Of a stretch of DNA of 64,000 nucleotides, positions 25,741 through 39,189 are shown in pieces (position 1 is the first letter of the stretch; every line of letters begins with the position of its first letter). The stretch spans positions 4,897,146 to 4,961,145 of the forward strand of contig MU061579.1 of the NCBI GenBank assembly GCA_013265495.1, written 5' to 3'. The stretch is from Vicugna vicugna (Eukaryota). A program made the translations under genes and the position numbers. The notes below the pieces were generated by a model. That model had not been told where the DNA came from, did not search any database, and was given only the letters and a program-made list of their open reading frames with translations.

Positions 25741-26197
25741 TCAGATAAGAGTGAAGGTTCATTTTTAGGTATAGAGACCACTGCAATGGTGTTTTGTAAG
25801 GGAGCAAGCTTAGGCTCAACTCCAAATACAACAAAGAAAAGTGGGAATTTAATTAAGAAGCAGGTTGGGCGGGGGCCTTTAGAGGATGGAAAACTACTAA
25901 GAAGAAAAATCAGAGATACGGGAGGATTTTGGCTAAATTGATCTAACAGCATCCTTGCTGAAAGCAGACCAGGGTTTCAGACATCACCTAGGGGATTGTG
26001 GAGGATAAGGTGTCTGATCAAATACTGCGAGTGATCAGATATCAAGGATGGGGGATTCTAGCTAAACTGACTTGGCAGGATTCTTGCTAGAGTGGACAAT
26101 ACAGAGATGAACACGGAAGCCCAAAAGTCAGGGCTCACTTCAGGAGAGAGTTTACAAGAACCTAGCCAGAGTTTGGTCAAGGACAGAAAGTTTTGTC
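25739..26197 (-). mobile_element. ERV1 solo LTR, MER31-like
   Basis: GGCTCAACTCCAAATACAACAAAGAAAAGTGGGAATTT...GATCAGATATCAAGGATGGGGGATTCTAGCTAAACTG...AGAGTTTGGTCAAGG...TTTTGTC. Confidence 0.8.
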
Positions 26198-26199
26198 TC

Positions 26200-26535
26200 C
26201 CTTATGCACCATTACCCACAGGGAAACATGAAGAAGGCCAGTGACATCTCCACACACGACGGGTTGCAGTACAGAGGACAAGGGTGAGTATTAAGGAGTG
26301 TGATCTCTCATAATGGAAGTTAACATGTGTATCCTTTACTCTAGAGGGAGACATTATTTTTATTATAACTGAAGAGTAAGTAAACCTACTTTTTGCTCCA
26401 AAGGGAGATACTATCTATTTTCCAAGGCTGTTTGTTGTGCAAACATTTCAGAAAAGATAGAACAAAAGGCAGTCAGTGCTGCTGTTTGTAAGAGATGCAA
26501 GCATGTGAGAGAACCATGGAGGATTGTCTCTCAAC
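26200..26535 (-). mobile_element. ERV1-class LTR 5' part (MER90-like; subfamily uncertain)
   Basis: The reverse complement begins TGTTGAGAGACAATCCTCCATGGTTCTCTCACATGCTTGCATCTCTTACAAACAGCAGCACTGACTGCCTTTTGTTC. Confidence 0.65.
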
Positions 26536-27539
26536 ACAAAACTGTATGAATATTAATAATGCAGAATTTAAAATCTGAATATCTAGTAGACATTATACCT
26601 AAATTTACATTATGATAATAATAGCATTCATTCAAAAATCATATATTTGTTAATTACCATGTGTTGAACATTGCTACAAATGCTTCAAGTTGAAAGTGAT
26701 ATTTGAAAGAAAAATTCAGTATTGCCTTTAGACTCAGACAAGAGGATGGGGTCTCTGTGAGGTCCTCATAACCACAAACCCAAATATAAATACATATATT
26801 ATGGAACAAGTGGTTGATTTTTTTACTTGGAATTTGGAGCTTAACTCTTGTACAGAAAACACCTATAAACTTACACAGCCACTCTCATCATTAACTTTCA
26901 TTAGGCCTTAGTAAAATGATTCTCCCTGGTTTTTACCCTGTACCCTCAATTTAAAGGGTGACTGTCCTAAAATCTATGAAGGTGTTTAGATTATCTTGCT
27001 GTTAATTTGGAAGACGTGGTACAGAGGTCAGCCAGTGGGTCAGGGGTTGGATACACTGAAATGAGGCTTGTGGAGTTTTGATGTTGCCTCACATTCCCTT
27101 CAGAAAATCACTGCATGCACCTTCACTGCTGAAATTGACAGCAGTAGCCCAAATTGTGAGCTAACTAAATATAATATCAGGCAGCCCTGTGGGGGGAAGA
27201 ACTGATGAAAATATGTGTGCCTATCTAGCTGCCTTCTGTATTTTCATCTGTGCTGTTCTCATTCTAACCTCTAAGGATTTTTAGATTTTAAATGAAACTG
27301 CTGCTTCTAAGGTTTAACGGTAAAAATCTAACCCGAGGAGTTACTTGCTAGAGTGGCACAAAAGTTCTGTATTACGTGTGTGATGCTTATGCCTGTCTTC
27401 TTTCTGTGTCTTTAAATTCAGCAGGACAAACACAGGCTGGAGCCTGGGCTTCAGAATTTGTACCATGTGTAGGATAGCTGACTTCTCCAAGGACAAGTTC
27501 ACACCAAAATAACTAGATACCAGAAAAAAATCCTCTAAA

Positions 27540-28390
27540 GAAAGTTAACAAGTGTTTTCCATCTGAAGCAGAAGTATTGAAGACAATAGACTCAAATTTA
27601 AACCAAGTAAAATTAGTATACTTCAGCAAAAAAAAAAAAGCAAAATAAAATAAGAATGAGAAATATAAAGGGAATCAAATAGAAATGTTCTATAAGAGAA
27701 AGAAAACATAGGACAATCTTAGATGAAATCTAGTATCATTAATATTCTATATACATCATCCTCACAGGTTATCATAGACTGTCATCTATAGAACAAGTGC
27801 CAGATGAGAGAGACATACAGATAAGTAGATGGAAGTAGAGATACATGAAATGTTATAGGATGGGTACAACTGCAAAATAAATGAGTTTAAAGATTAGATC
27901 ATAGAACTTTTGAGAACAATAGCAGAAAAGATAAAGTAATAAAAACACAGAAACAATACTGAGGAGACATGTACTTATGCCTGGATGATCCAATATAAAA
28001 ATATTTTAAAAAATGAGGTAATATACTTAAAATATTAATAAACACAATCTTCTAAGAATAAAAGAAATATGAAAGCTTTCAAATTACAATGACTCACCAA
28101 GTACAAAACATGATAAAATTTATGATGTCAAAGAAAAATAAGTAGAAGATCATTTTTAAAAGAACAAAATAAGATTTACTTTAAACTTCTTACCAGCATC
28201 TTTAGATATAAGGTGATGAGTTAATATTTACAAACCACTGAAGGAAAGAACTATGAGTATTTAATTTTGTATTCAGCAAATGCTTTATTTGTTTATAAAA
28301 GTACAAAGTATGATCATGTATAGTGGTCCTCAAAATAGTTCTTGGGCGAAAATTGGCCCTAAAACATTCTAACAATGAATAAAACAAATT
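27540..28390 (+). mobile_element. Very old L1/HAL1-type ORF1-region remnant
   Basis: A-rich strand bias with residual motifs such as GACTCACCAAGTAC and AAAATAAGATTTACTTTAAACTTCTTACCAGCA. Confidence 0.35.
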
Positions 28391-28903
28391 GAGATTCTTC
28401 TACAGACAGGGAAAGCAAGCATGATCAAGTATCTTACTAAACTGTATTCCTGTCTAAAATTAATAATTAAAAATGGCTAAAATCAAAAATATAGAATGAT
28501 AAATAATAAATATAATAAATAATAAAATAGGATGATGCGCACAGTATATACTAAATGGGGAAGACCACAGCAACATGAAAGAATTCTAACAGATTTTCTT
28601 CCCCCCTTTACTGCTTTTATTATGGAAAGATTTTGTTTTGTTTTATATATTCCTTAATGGAAAGTATTAAACACATTATTACTTTACTATGTATTAAACA
28701 TGCAACTGTTTTTATATTTTCCTACTGGTTTCTACTGGAGGGAAAAAAAAGAAACCTAGTGCTCTTTCTACTGGTCCTTCCATGGACAAGCCAAGAGGCA
28801 GAACTCCAGGAATACATTTTCTGTAGCTATTCTCTTTCCTACAACCATTCTCAAAGTGTATGTCATCTTCACAAGTACCTGGAGAAATGGTCAACTGCCC
28901 AAG

Positions 28904-28993
28904 GAGCCTGAATCTAGACCCAGAAGATCTCCTACCAAAGGAGGAGATCTGAAGGCAGAGCCTGAATCTAGACTCAGAAGATCTCCTACCAAA
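28904..28993. repeat. 36-bp direct duplication (1 mismatch) with an 18-bp spacer
   Basis: GAGCCTGAATCTAGAC(C/T)CAGAAGATCTCCTACCAAA at 28904-28939 and 28958-28993. Confidence 0.95.
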
Positions 28994-30459
28994 TACTCCT
29001 CTGGCCACTTCTCAATTGCCTAATTAGGGACAATTTTTCATTTCATTGACCCTAGGTATATTTATTTGTAAAATAGCAGTAAAAACAACTTTCCAGCATG
29101 CCTTCCAGGGTTCTGAAATTAATATGTGATTCTAATTTACTTTTATAAGCTAGAAAGACAGAGGAAGATAGGTTACTAATCAAGGACATATGTCCTAATA
29201 ATACTATGAGTTCCAAAATCACAATGAAAAACAATTTATTTTATATATTGAATGTATCCTCCTAAGTGACTAAACACTATTTACTTAACATTTTTTTACT
29301 CCAAAAATGTCATTTCTGGAAATATCCAGTCACTTAAAGAACCTGAGGTCAGTTCTAGGTTCTTTAGGAAATAGTTACTATTTAAATTTAGATCTACCTT
29401 TTAATCACCCCATGAGAAAATATGCACCCTCACGGCAAATTTAGATAGAAAGAATATAGAGAGAGAAATATACAGGAAAGGAAAAAAAAAGGGAATGAAA
29501 AGGGAAAGAAAGGCAGGTGACTGTTACTGAAATTCAGTAAGATTGTTCATCTATGTATGAAGTGAAAGGCCAGAGAGGAAAGATTGACAAAGTTCAGAAA
29601 CATTCCAAACTGCCCCACAAACCACTCTAGGCTCAGAACAGAAACAGTTTTACATGCTTCATCTGGCTACCGTTTGCCTACATTATGGTTTTTATGCTCT
29701 AAAAAACTGTTACTTCCTTCTGAGTCATGTCTCACAAATATGCTATGTATATAATTAATTGGGTGTTTCACCATTGTTATTTCTATACAGCTTATTAGCA
29801 TTCACAATTCTGTAAAAAAGTCTATTTTATTTTCCTTTTGCAAATGAACCATTGTATTTTTTCTATTTACTTCATTAAGTCTCTGATGTTTATGAATTCT
29901 CAGATGACCCTTCTTTGAATAAACACTGAAGCAACTGGGAAATATCCCCACCTTGTTATACTCTGAGGAAACAAAGTCACATATGAACCAGAATTTATCA
30001 CTATTGATCTTCCTCAGTTTGAAATTAAGCCATAATTTATGAACACATTACTGTTCTTTACCTCCCATCCCTCTGCCACTCCTTTCTGGGAAAGACATCT
30101 TATGTGATGCCACTTAAAGAAAGGATATATGTATCTGCACTTGTATTTCAGAAACACATACAAAATTTCCTATGCAGTGATTACACACCTGTGGAAACCA
30201 ATGGATGGGTTAATTAACACTAATTCCTGAAGGTAAACTGGTTTCACTTTAAAATCTACGGAGACACTTCGTGGAGTACCGACATTTGCCAAGTCTTGGT
30301 TGTTGAAGTTGCTTTGTTTCTTTCTTTTTGTCCTAGATAACATAATTAAAAATTAATGAGGCATAAATGCTAGGTACAATCAAGTTAAGGTTCATGTCAT
30401 TCCATAAAGCAGAGAGAAGTTAACTGAATGCTAAGTAAATATTTACTACTATTATTTTT

Positions 30460-31650
30460 AAATTCACTGATTTACTCATTCACTTAACACTTATTATATG
30501 CATATTATATGGCAGGCATTGTCCTGGGCTCTAAGAGGTCAACCAATAAAAGACAAACAACCACCTTCCCTCCAAAAACTCTAGACTTTGAACTCAATAA
30601 ACTTGATGTATATAATTATACTAAATGTATATAGATGCATAGATACATACATACATATATGTAATATAGTAAAATACGTCTGTATATATACATGTGTATG
30701 CATATACCTATATTATATAATGTGTACATATATACAAACACCCATATATACATGTTCCAGCTTTTAAAATATATTAAATTTAAAAAAAAAGATTTCTAAA
30801 AGATGCACTGGAAAATTTGGGGGGAAAGTATATAAGTGGGCCAGAAAGGAGAATCAGAAAGGCATTGAGTTGAAACTTAAATAAAGAATAGGCATCCCCA
30901 CCCACGCACCCAAGCAACTAATGTAAAAACTTTCTCATAAAGTTGACGACAGATATATTGGCATGAAGAGGAGTTCAACAAGAGCATGTAATGAAATGTG
31001 GCCAACATGGGATCTTTTTATTGTGTGAGGGAACTGGGTTACACTCTTTAAGTACCTGTAAAACAATGAAGATTATTGACTGGGGGTAGTTTTATCATGA
31101 TTAGCTTTCCCTGTTGAGAGTGATCATTGTGGAGGAATTGTAAAGGCTAACTTGGAAAGGAGCAAAGCAATTTCCAACTAAGAAGTCTGGAATAGATGAA
31201 GTGATAAATAATAAATTCTTAATTAGACAAATAGCAACTGTAAAGAAAAAAAATAGAAACATTATTATAGTAAAGGATCCTTAAGAAATGAGACTTTTTT
31301 TTTTAAGGAGCAAAGAAAGAGAGAGAGGAAGAGAGAGAGAGAGAGAAATCTAAGACAACAGAAGTTTGCTGACATGAGTTCCTAAAGAAAAACTGATGTG
31401 TTCCCGCTGTCCAAAAGTTATTAGGTGTAGGATAGATGCTTTCATCAGAAAAAAAAAAATAGAGAATTCGTCAACTTTCCAAATTTAGACATGCTATTAA
31501 AGTTGATGTTCTTGTGAAATATACATCTGAACATCCAAATGGACATATGGATCCAGTATTTAGTAGGGATCTTGGCTAGAGATGCAAATCTGAAAGTTAT
31601 CAGCATCGGTAAAGTAATTCTTTTGAGTAGTGAAAGCAACTTAATAATCC
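30460..31650 (-). mobile_element. L2 LINE 3' portion with internal TA-rich (~30605-30755) and (GA)n (~31316-31346) expansions
   Basis: ATTTACTCATTCACTTAACACTTATTATATGCATATTATATGGCAGGCATTGTCCTGGGCTCT is the antisense L2 3' end. TTAGACATGCTATTAAAGTTGATGTTCTTGTG...CATCCAAATGGA is internal L2. Confidence 0.75.
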
Positions 31651-32509
31651 CTACCATATTACTACAAGAATTCTCAGAGTAGAAAGACTTTCTCTATTTT
31701 AATAATGTTTCAGAGGAACAGGAAATGGTTTTCAACAATCACTTGTTATGGTAATAACAGATAAGTGCCACAGAACACTAAGCTTGTTCTAAATAGTTTC
31801 TTTAAGATTAAACATATAACCTATACAAGTTCTCTTAAGAATTTAGAGTGCACTTGTCATTTTTTTCCTTTTGTTTCAAAACTTCAACTACACTTATTTA
31901 TTTATAAATTGTGTTTCTCTTGAAAATGAAATTGTATATATTTATTAAACTTTTATATTTCCATACAATAGGATAATAATTAGACATCAGAATACAATAT
32001 TTTTAAAGAAAAAACTGTGTAGCTCAAAATTTTTAGCCATATGAAAGATATATAATAGTGTAAAGAGGTTATTGAACAAAACATTACAAGGTAAATTTAT
32101 TTAGTCTATTTTCGGAGAACTAACTAGTATTTCATGTAGACCTAAGGAGAAGACAAAGGTGAGTTTGCCTTATTCACTACCTCGTTAGAATTTTGACATA
32201 GTCTAAGAAAAACTTAGACAATCAATCTAAGAACTCACAAAGAATCATGAAAAATGAATCTTGTCCTTAATTATGAGATAGTGTATGACAGTGAAAAACA
32301 AAATCAAAGAAGACAGAACTTCTCTATGGGGATCTTTAAGATCCATGAGGCACAGATCTACTTGTGTGTGGTAGACGGTCACTCATCTACCCAAGCACTA
32401 GAGTAAGTTTGAATGAATATGTTCAATGAGATATTTGAATCCAATAAAGATACAAAACTTTATGGAGAAACTACACTCCTTACATCAGTTTCTTGCACGA
32501 TTAAATTCA

Positions 32510-33220
32510 AGATAATACACGCAGTTACACAAGCCAGAAATCTGAGTATCATCCTTGCCCCTTCATCTCTTTTACTTCCTACATCTAATCACCAAAATTG
32601 GTAGATTTTTACCTCCTTAAAATAGGACAATCATTCATGTCAATGTTTACCCTCACTGTTGCTGCTTTATATTAGGTGATCATTCTTTCTTGCCTGGATT
32701 GATGCAACAGCTTTTTTTCAGTCCTACCTTTCACCAGTTCACACTCCACCCTGTAGAAAGGTTATATTTTTAAATTTACAGACATAATTATGTCTCTTTT
32801 CTGTCTAAGACCCTCATATAATTTCCCATCACAGTCACAATAATGTCCAAACTCTTGACAACTACTTTTAGGAGGTTCCTTACAATTTGACCCTCTTATA
32901 TTGCTCAACATTTTATGCCTTGTGATCCAACCACTGTGGGCCACCGCGTGTGTGTATGTCCTTACCTGCCTTATTCCCTCACCTTTCACCCCCTACCACT
33001 TTTACTTTGTTAATCACTGATCTCTTCTTTAGTGACTTTCTCTAAATCCCGAACTCGACCAAAGTGCCCTTCCTAGAAGTCCCATGGCACCTCTGTTTCC
33101 GATCAATATACTGATCATATTGTGCTACCAAGACTGATTACTTGCTTATTTCCACGTTAGAGTGTCATCAACTTCAGTGGAGAAACTGTTTCTGCTTCCT
33201 ATTTACTCCCAGTGCACCAC
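32510..33220 (+). mobile_element. L2 LINE fragment
   Basis: CAGTTACACAAGCCAGAAATCTGAGTATCATCCTTG...TCTTGCCTGGATTGATGCAACAGCT...TCCAAACTCTTGA. Confidence 0.75.
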
Positions 33221-33699
33221 CCAATTTTTGTTTACATGCAGGTGGGAAGTGTTTCAAACTCATTTTTATGTAATTAATCAGTCATATAACAATGATAAAA
33301 ATTGTAATTAGTGGTGTCTAAAGAGTAATGATTAGTAAGGTATCTTTTGTACTATTTGAAATGATTTGTTAACCTTAAAGTTAGTTTGGTTCAGAGAGTA
33401 GAACATAGCTACAAAAATTGTGAAAATGAATTTAAGTAGCTTATGTATACTTAGCATTATATAGTTTTAGAAACTTAACTACAAAAAATATTAAATAATA
33501 TATGAAAACAGAATATAAAATATATGTATATTTCAAATTGTACCTGTAGTAAACATTGCTTTTCTTTTTGTCCTACCCCCACCCCCCGTCAATTCTGAAC
33601 TTTCTAGTGTTTTGAAAATACTTTATAGTATTTATTCTTACTACTATCTTTTTTATCTTCATGGGCCTATCTCTAGCAGAATTCCCTTATAAGATGGGA

Positions 33700-33920
33700 G
33701 CTGGGTTCTATGAGAACAGAAATAGAGGTATCAGAACTCTTAAGGTGTAGGAATGGAACCTGCACAACTTCACCTCCTTTGCAATCTGTGAGTCAAAGTA
33801 AGTCATGAGGCCAGTCTACATTCATGGTGAAGGAAAATGGACTATACTTCTTGATGCAAAGAGTGGAATCTAGGTGTAGGGAAAGAAGGAATTGCTTTTA
33901 AGTATCTTTTGAGACTATCT
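33700..33920 (-). mobile_element. Old MaLR (MLT1) LTR fragment
   Basis: GTCAAAGTAAGTCATGAGGCCAGTCTACATTCATGGTGAAGGAAAATGGACTATACTTCTTGATG. Confidence 0.65.
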
Positions 33921-33967
33921 TCCAGGATACCTAATAAATTATGCATCTGCATATGTGTTTTCTCTCT

Positions 33968-33972
<5 letters not shown>

Positions 33973-34002
<30 letters not shown>
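33973..34002. repeat. (TG)15 microsatellite
   Basis: Directly visible. Confidence 0.95.
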
Positions 34003-34006
<4 letters not shown>

Positions 34007-34974
34007 AAACATGATTGAGCATAATCATATACTAGGAGTTGCTCTGGTTATCTGAGATGTAGATACGAACAAATCAGGCATTTATCTTATCCTCATGAAT
34101 CCAGTGGAAGAGACAGTTTATAATTGAGAAGAAATAAAAAATAAACAAATATGAGGGGGTATAATTATGGAAGATGAAAAAATAGAGGACTTGTGCTAGA
34201 AAAGTTGATCAAGAAAAATCTTTAGGGAGAGATATTTGAGAAGCACTCTGTTTAAGTTAATGAAAAGCTCTTTCTAATTTTTGCAATATGATGAATTGAA
34301 ATATACTAGGATTGTAAAAACAGAAACTCAGGAAAAAGGAAGGGAACTAATCTGGGCTCGATTAAGTGGCTTAGTTAGTGCTAAAGGCAATAGGAAGCCA
34401 ATTAGTATTAAAATACTAATTTTAATCCTATGGCATCCTATGGCATAAAGTTATGAAATAGCAAATAAAGTATTGCTAATGGGCACATAGAATGAACTGT
34501 CCATTAAAGGCAAACCTCTGGGGCACAAGTGTTTGTTGGCTGCCATAGAGAATAAAGGGTACCAGGTATTCAAGGACTGTGGGTTTGAGGGGCTACTTCT
34601 AAAAGATAAACACAGCTTTGAAAGTATTGTGGACTGAAGCCTTGAGACATGTTATATCTGTGCTAAAATAGTCTTCTATCTCTTGCAGCTACAGGGCTGA
34701 TTAACCAAAATCCAAATGCATAATTTGTTCCCACCGATGGGTGACTATCAGCAATTGAACTCACAGTCTTACCAGACGTTTAATGTAATAGGATATACAC
34801 TGTGAAAGACTGGGAAATGGTCTTAAAATCAGAATCATGTATTTGAAAGATCCCAAAGACTGCTTACCCACACTCCAACTCATCCTCTTATCCCTGAAAA
34901 GTAGTCTTTTATTATCTATTTGATCAGCCTATTTCTGCCTTTCTAGAAAATCCTTTAAAACCTATACTTAAGTA

Positions 34975-35082
34975 TCCACCTAAGAGACAGATTTAATTGG
35001 TTTGAGGTGTGGCCTTGTCATCAATAATTTTTATAAGCTCCCCAGGTAATTATAGTGTGCAGCCAAAGTTGGGATTCACTGA
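34975..35082 (+). mobile_element. MER5A-like hAT-Charlie DNA transposon fragment
   Basis: GATTTAATTGGTTTGAGGTGTGGCC...TTTTATAAGCTCCCCAGGTAATTATAGTGTGCAGCCAAAGTTGGGATTCACTG. Strand is nominal. Confidence 0.75.
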
Positions 35083-35319
35083 CTCAGAGAGAGTTTTCTG
35101 GCTTTTGTTTTTGTTTCTGTGTTTTTCCCTTAATGAGCAAACTGGAACAGCTGGGAGTGGTTTTAATTGTTTGCTTGGTTGGTTGACTGAAACCTAGATT
35201 CACTATGGCACCAAGCAAATTAGATGAGATGTCAAACATTCCTTGATATTAGTAAAGGAAAGAATCCAAAGAGTGTGAGATGACATGTATATGACATATT
35301 CAACTATTTCTCAAACAAA

Positions 35320-35480
35320 TAACTTTTTGTAAGTCATTGCATTTCCTCTTTATAAAACGGGTTTTTAACAGTATTTTTCTCATAGGATTATTGTGAGAAA
35401 CAAATAAGTTAATATCATTAAAAAGCTGAGAAATGTCCTAGTGTATATTTAGCTATATATAACTGTATCAGCAATAATCA
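35320..35480 (+). mobile_element. MIR SINE core and 3' part
   Basis: TTTCCTCTTTATAAAACGGG...CTCATAGGATTATTGTGAGAAACAAATAAGTTAATA. Confidence 0.7.
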
Positions 35481-36225
35481 TGCTGTTACTCATAATGATT
35501 ATGATGACAAATCACAAGAAGGAAAGTGAACAAATCTTTGTGAAGACCCCAAGAAATATACAGAGGAGGGATGTAATAACATTTGGGAAGTATTTTAGAC
35601 CAAGGATTTCAATGGATATGAAATTAAATCCTTAGATATTAAAAGGAAAGTAATAATACTTACTTGCTAGAAGTATTATTTGAACAATTATCATGATAGG
35701 CAGGAGACACAGTAGAGTAAACTAAAATTATGACTTACACTGATTTTGGTTTGGGGTATTTTCTCATGTAATCAGAATAAAATAGATGGACAGTATAATA
35801 AGGTCCTACATTACTTATAAAAACAAGCAAATAAAAATCAGGTTGGAGAGTAAACAAGGCTTTGAGCCACTGTGGTAGAGGACCATGGCTCCCACTCAAT
35901 TCCAGGATCCAATCTTGGCCAGTTTACAAATAAAGAATGATTTGAATGATGATGACTTACAGCTATTTACTAGGTTTCACTGTAAACTATGGATGGAAAA
36001 ATCCTCCAATCTTTCCTGAAAACTGATATTTATTCCTGGAGATCCAAAGGCTACTACTTGATACATTCCATCGGTTAAACTGAAGAATTATGACAATCAG
36101 GACTGATGGAATACCTACCAATCTTGTTTTAATAATTCCTGAGAACATATTTGAAATGGTTATGTCCAGCAAATAGAGGTTTGTGTCCCACTGACTTTCT
36201 GGACCCTTCAAAAATTTGTCTTTGT

Positions 36226-37725
36226 ACTCCCTGACTTCAGATTATGATACAAAGCTACAGTAATTAAAATAGCATGGTACTGGCACAAAACACAAACACA
36301 GATCAATGGAACAGAATAGAGAGTCCAGAAATAAACTCATGCACTTACGGTCAATTGATCCTCAATAAAGGAGGCAAGAATATACAATGGAGAAAAGATG
36401 GTCTCTTCAATAAGTGGTGCTGAGAAAACTGGACAGCTACATATAAAAGAATGAAATTAGAACATTCTCTAACACCATATAGAAAAATAAACTCAAAATG
36501 GATTAAAGACCTAAACATAAGATTAGATCCCATAAAACTCCTAGAGGAAAACATAGGCTGAACACTCTTTGACATAAATTGTAGCAATGTTTTTCTGGAT
36601 ACTTATCCTAAAACAAAGGAAATAAAAGCAAACATAAGTAGATGAGACCCAATTAAACTAACAAGCTTTTGCACAGCAAAGGAAACCATTGACAAAATGA
36701 AAAGACAATCTACTGAAAGGGGGAAAATATGTGCAAGTGATATGACTGATAAGGGGTTAATATTCAACATATATAAACAGCTCATACAACATCAAAAAAA
36801 TTTGATTTTAAAAATGGGTAGAAGTAAACAGACATTTACAATAGACTCTTTTCCAAAGAGGAAATGCAGATGGCCAACAGGCGCATAAAAAGATGCTCAA
36901 CAGCTATAATTATTACAGAAATGCAAAACAAAGCCGCAACGTCACCTCACACCTGTCAGAATGGCTATCATCTGCAAGAACACAAATAACAAATGTCAGC
37001 GATGGTATGGAGAAGAGGGAACCCTCTTACACTATTGGCAGGAATGTAAATTGGTGCAGCCACTGTGGCAAACAGTATGGAAGTTTCTCAAAAAACTAAA
37101 AATAGAACTACCATGTGACCCAGCAATTCCACTCCTAGGTATATATCTAAAAACAAAAACAAAAACATTGATCAGAAAAGATGCATGCACTCTAATGTTC
37201 ATAGTGACACTATTTACAATTGCCAAGATAAGGAATCGACAGTTGAATGGATAAGGAAGATGTGATATATTTATACAACAGAATACCACTTAGCCATAAA
37301 AAGAATGAAATTTTGCCATTTGTAGTAACATAGATGGACCTGGAGGGCATTATGCTAAGTGAAATAAGACAGACAGAAAAGGACAGATACTGTATATCAC
37401 TTATGTGTATAATCACTTATATGTATAAAATACAACAAACTAGTGAATATAACAATGAAGAAACAGACTCACAGATATAGAGCACAAACTAGTAGTTACT
37501 AGTAGGAAGAGGGAGGGATGGGCAATATAGTATAGGAGCACGAGATTGAGAGGTACAAACTATTAGGTTTAAAATAAGCTATAAGGATATATTGTACAAC
37601 ACGGGGAATATGGCAAATTTTCTATAACAAGTAAAAATAGAGCAAAACCTTTAAAAATTGTGAACCACTATATTGTACACCTGTAACTTACATATTATAT
37701 TTAAATATACTTCAATTTAAAAAAA
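36226..37725 (+). mobile_element. 5'-truncated L1 (ORF2 3' part, 3'UTR, short A tail), cetartiodactyl/laurasiatherian type
   Basis: CTCCCTGACTTCAGATTATGATACAAAGCTACAGTAATTAAAATAGCATGGTACTGGC; ORF 36961-37254 gives [41 protein letters not shown]. Degenerate TSD AAAAATTTGTCTTTGTA (36210-36226) / AAAAAGTTATGTTTGTA (37721-37737). Confidence 0.96.
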
Positions 37726-39189
37726 GTTATGTTTGTAAAAGAAAGAGCAAGAGGAAGATTGTCAATTGGCTGATGAAAATTTGAGGGGAAAAAGTAAAAT
37801 TACCTTTTTCATGGACATAGGAATGAAAATACTTACCTATTTGAATGATTACAAGAGACCCCAACAGAGAGGGACAAAATGACCTTTCTGTGTATGCAAG
37901 TCAGCCTTCTTCCACAGCTATCTCATTTTTGCTCAATGAATTCAATAATGATGCAATTATAGTGATACAGGTGGAGATTTTGGAAGAGCTGGAAGGCATG
38001 CATTCTTTACATAAGGTAAAACTGGTTATCACCTTTAAAGGGACCTCCTTTTCTAGCAGCAGTGACTAAAGTAAAGCAGGCAATAAATATTATATTCCTC
38101 TACAAGGAAATGGCAGATTAATCACCCTTTTCTATCATAAAGAGACTTTTTCATTCTGCATGTTGTCATGTGTGGTATACTTTTTATGTTATCCTGATAA
38201 CACACCACTGAAAAGGAAAGTAACATCAGTGAAATAATTAAGGCCATAGCTTATGCCCATAGAAAGCACTGTTCTTCTCATGTTCCAGTTCACAGAGGCT
38301 AACTCATGAAAAAGATGGGACGTTCTATTTAGGATTCAATGTAGGTTTGGGGTGCTGTCCTTCAGGATGCTCTGGGCAAACAGGTGCTGCTTTCCCCTTG
38401 TTTCAAATACCCGAATACATAACACAAGGAGTGCAAATGAAGAAAAACATGTCATGATTTTCTCTAATGATCCTTTCTGAAAATTATTGTCTCCTTTCCC
38501 AGAATCCAGAGATGCTATTGAGTTAACTGTTTTAGTAATTAAGGGAGGAATGTTTCCCACAGAAGACAATACTGTTCCTATTAATTTGGAAGGTAAGATT
38601 CCACCCAGGTCTTTTGGGCTTCTCATCTCTTGAATATACAGAAGAAACAAAGGCAGGGAGGGGGATGGACTGGCGATGTGTCTGGTGACTGAATCTGGCT
38701 AAAATCGGGGATAGGGTATGACTAAAACAGTAGCAGGAAGCAGTATAAAAAGATCAAAAAGGACACTCTTCGGTCTTCCATCATTCTGCCAATGACCAGT
38801 GTACAATTTTATGGGAAGACTCCTCAGCCATACACTAGTATGAGGTCTCAGGAATGAAAGTTTGTGTCACTGCACTAGGGGAGTAACTGCAGCCCCATGG
38901 GTGTTACTTGGAAATGAAAGGCTTGTAGGAAGGTTTGAGAGGTTCAGTGTCACAACGAAAAGCTGCGATCAAATGCAGAAATGGAAAAGGAGTACATGTC
39001 ATCAAACAATCTGGAACATGGAAATGGACACAGTATTTGCTGAAATTTTAGGTATTCTCCTTTTGAAGAAGGAGGGGGTGGTGAGTAAACACATGTTGGG
39101 CAGGGTGTAGTAGTATGTTATGGACAATAAGTTTTATTTTTTTTTTTATTTTTGAAGTGTCATTATGGGAAGAAGGATGTATTTGGAAT

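Larger units (their letters stand above)
34500..38960 (+). pseudogene. Decayed ERVL internal region (gag, protease, integrase and dUTPase remnants), interrupted by MER5A-like, MIR and L1 insertions
   Basis: Segments resemble recalled HERV-L/ERVL internal sequence in colinear order: gag GGAGTGGTTTTAATTGTTTGCTTGGTTGGTTGACTGAAAC (~35155), gag/pro GCCAGTTTACA...ATTCCTGGAGATCCAAA (~35920-36050), integrase region AGTCAGCCTTCTTCCACAGC (~37900), dUTPase AGGGAGGAATGTTTCCCAC...TTTTGGGCTTCTCAT (~38540-38630) and CAGGAATGAAAGTTTGTGTCAC (~38850). No intact ORF. Confidence 0.7.

Noticed and set aside
28904..28993. CRISPR-like repeat-spacer-repeat with 36-bp repeats
   Set aside because: Only two copies with an 18-bp spacer, in mammalian DNA with no cas genes. 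A local duplication explains it better.
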